Shown: in pieces, positions 62,072 to 64,000 of the stretch | Layout of the letters: every line of letters starts with the position of its first letter | How positions within the stretch are numbered: the stretch's first letter is position 1 | Source of the DNA: Adineta vaga | Lineage: Eukaryota > Animalia > Rotifera | NCBI GenBank assembly: GCA_021613535.1 | Contig: CP075496.1 | Span: 8,866,001-8,930,000, forward strand | Reading direction: 5' to 3' | Length of the DNA: 64,000 nucleotides | Program-made: the position numbers and the translations under genes | The notes under the pieces: model-generated | Databases searched by the model: none | What the model was told of the DNA's origin: nothing | Seen by the model: the letters and a program-made list of their open reading frames with translations, nothing else

Positions 62072-62558
62072 TTGATTATTGCTTGTACAACAAGGAAAAT
62101 AACAATTTACTTTTTGTAAGTAATAGAAATGAAAAAGAGAGTGACACGTTCTCTTTCAACTGAATATTTAACAAGATAAAAAAAGAAGAAGAAGAATAAT
62201 CAATGTTAATTTTCTTCTTGATAAAACTCATTATATCTATCACCTGCTGTAGCATCATTTTAAATTGGCTGAGGCACTATTTTTTGCAGATGTTTTGCGT
62301 CGGAGTAATAATGTCATCATAAATGTCAAAATATGTTTGATTTTCTTATTAAAAATAGTAATTAATTATCTTTGCCGATTCAAATGCTATACAATTCTCT
62401 ATTTCTTTTCACAGTTGAATATTTATCATTTGAATTACGATACATCTCCATTGAAACTCTCCTCAAATTATAATTGTACGCATTAACTATAATTTTAACA
62501 CTATTTGTAAGACGATGATCTCATCATAGATTATAAAATAGATTTATTTAAAATCTTA

Positions 62559-63176
62559 TCAAAAAGATGTTTCTGGACGATTTTTCAGATATTCTGAAAT
62601 TTTCGGTTGTATTTTTACTGCTTCTAGATTGTCTTTCAACCATGGATACTTATCTAAACACGTCTTATCAAGCATAAGAAAACTTTCTCCTACATCAAAA
62701 AACAATAAATCCACCCATGTCATATGGTTTCCAACAAAAAATTGTCCATCACCACCGTATTGTTTTCTTAAAACATCAAGATTTTGAAAATGTTTTGGTA
62801 ATTGTTCTTTCAAAAACTTTTGAGTATTCTCTTCTCTCTTCGATGCATGAGATTGATCACGAACTGTTACAAAGGCAATAATTAAATCATTAATTGTATC
62901 AGCAATTGCATCAATCTTTGCTTGTTCAAAATTATCTTTTCCAGCAAGTTGAAATTGTTTAGCAAGAAAACGCGCAATTGATATTGATTGTGGTAATTTC
63001 ACACCATTAAATTCGAGAACAGGTACTTGTCCTAAAGGTGTTTCACTTTTATGTTGTAGCCATTCATCTCTTTCATAACGAATATCTTCGTATTTTTGTT
63101 CAGCAACAGCAAAAAGTAAACGAGATACTTCACCACGACCACGACCATTCAGGTAATATAGTTTATATGTCGACAT
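62559..63176 (-). CDS. Glutathione S-transferase, sigma class
   Basis: YKLYYLNGRGRGEVSRLLF, TPLGQVPVLE, QSISIARFLAK, and C-terminal YLKNRPETSF. Confidence 0.95.
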   Translation of the reverse strand: MSTYKLYYLNGRGRGEVSRLLFAVAEQKYEDIRYERDEWLQHKSETPLGQVPVLEFNGVKLPQSISIARFLAKQFQLAGKDNFEQAKIDAIADTINDLIIAFVTVRDQSHASKREENTQKFLKEQLPKHFQNLDVLRKQYGGDGQFFVGNHMTWVDLLFFDVGESFLMLDKTCLDKYPWLKDNLEAVKIQPKISEYLKNRPETSF

Positions 63177-64000
63177 GTTTATCTACAAATGTATATTCTT
63201 ATCTCATACACAGACACATATGCTTTTCGAAAAGAAACAAATAGTAAACCAGTAGTTAATCGACTGAAGTAAACTAAAGATGTCTGTAGTTATTGACTAA
63301 TTTCGATCAATTCATGTTTTTTTCTCAACACATCAATTTTAAGCATTGATATTTCGTACACACTTAAAATATCCTTTTCTATTTTATCATCTCGCAAACA
63401 AATAACACTTTCATCAGGGTATGTTATAGGCATGCACCATAGCACAGTTCGACTATGAATATGTATTAAACTATCTTACAGTTTATCGATTATATTTATC
63501 ATGAATTAAATAAATCCATACCCAATCGAACTGACACGTGTTAAACTAGTTCGATAAAGATTCATATCGTAATTTTACATTGTTCAGTTGTATTACTAAA
63601 CTAGCTTTTATAGATCAGCAATGCCAAGAGAAGAAATAATTTATGTCAGTATAACAGAGTAAGATAAATTATACAGAATCTTATGTAGAATCCAAATCTT
63701 TATGAGCATGTTCTTCTATATGTCTATATTAATAAGAAAATTCAGTCTAAAAAAATCATTTCACTGTTGTTTTTTTGTGTCATTTCAGATCTACAGATCT
63801 CGATCATCTTTCTTGAAATAAATATTTATGTAAGAGGCGCAGATGAATAACATCTCTTAATAGTACGATCACGTTTCACTGTCAACTCGTGAATCAATGC
63901 TCGTATTCTATTAGCATGAACTGAATCATTCGCACTATTGGTATTGATTGACGTTTTTAAAGTAAATTTTCCTAATTCCACTTGAAGATCACGAATGCGA

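Noticed and set aside
1-64000. Alternative genetic code explaining the in-frame stops
   Set aside because: TAA, TAG and TGA all terminate intact conserved genes here, and long ORFs translate normally.

Overview
AT-rich eukaryotic (animal) genomic DNA with densely packed genes and mostly short (~50-100 nt) GT-AG introns. The gene content includes NHL beta-propellers, B-box/coiled-coil modules, several intronless orphan rhodopsin-type GPCRs, FG-GAP/VCBS repeats, ependymin-related, PLAC8 and sigma GST genes, mixed with bacterial/fungal-looking enzymes. This strongly suggests a bdelloid rotifer (inference, no database search possible). About 30 genes or gene remnants can be delineated. The standout is an intronless 1227-aa ORF (18682-22365, minus). 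By motif recognition it fuses an adenylate/NMP kinase, a Ham1/ITPase-like pyrophosphatase with altered key residues, an unassigned HDxxH domain, and a rearranged (permuted or tandem-degenerate) ThyX-like fold, making it a candidate single-chain nucleotide modification/sanitising system. Other highlights: a spliced B-box/coiled-coil + FAD-oxidoreductase chimera, a secreted conotoxin-framework knottin, a DmpA-type peptidase that carries secretion/GPI-like signals, an 11x DxNxDG G/P/N-rich repeat protein, a ~206-bp fold-back element, and several genes carrying frameshifts or premature stops. No rRNA, tRNA or CRISPR was recognised. Splice sites were assigned by eye.
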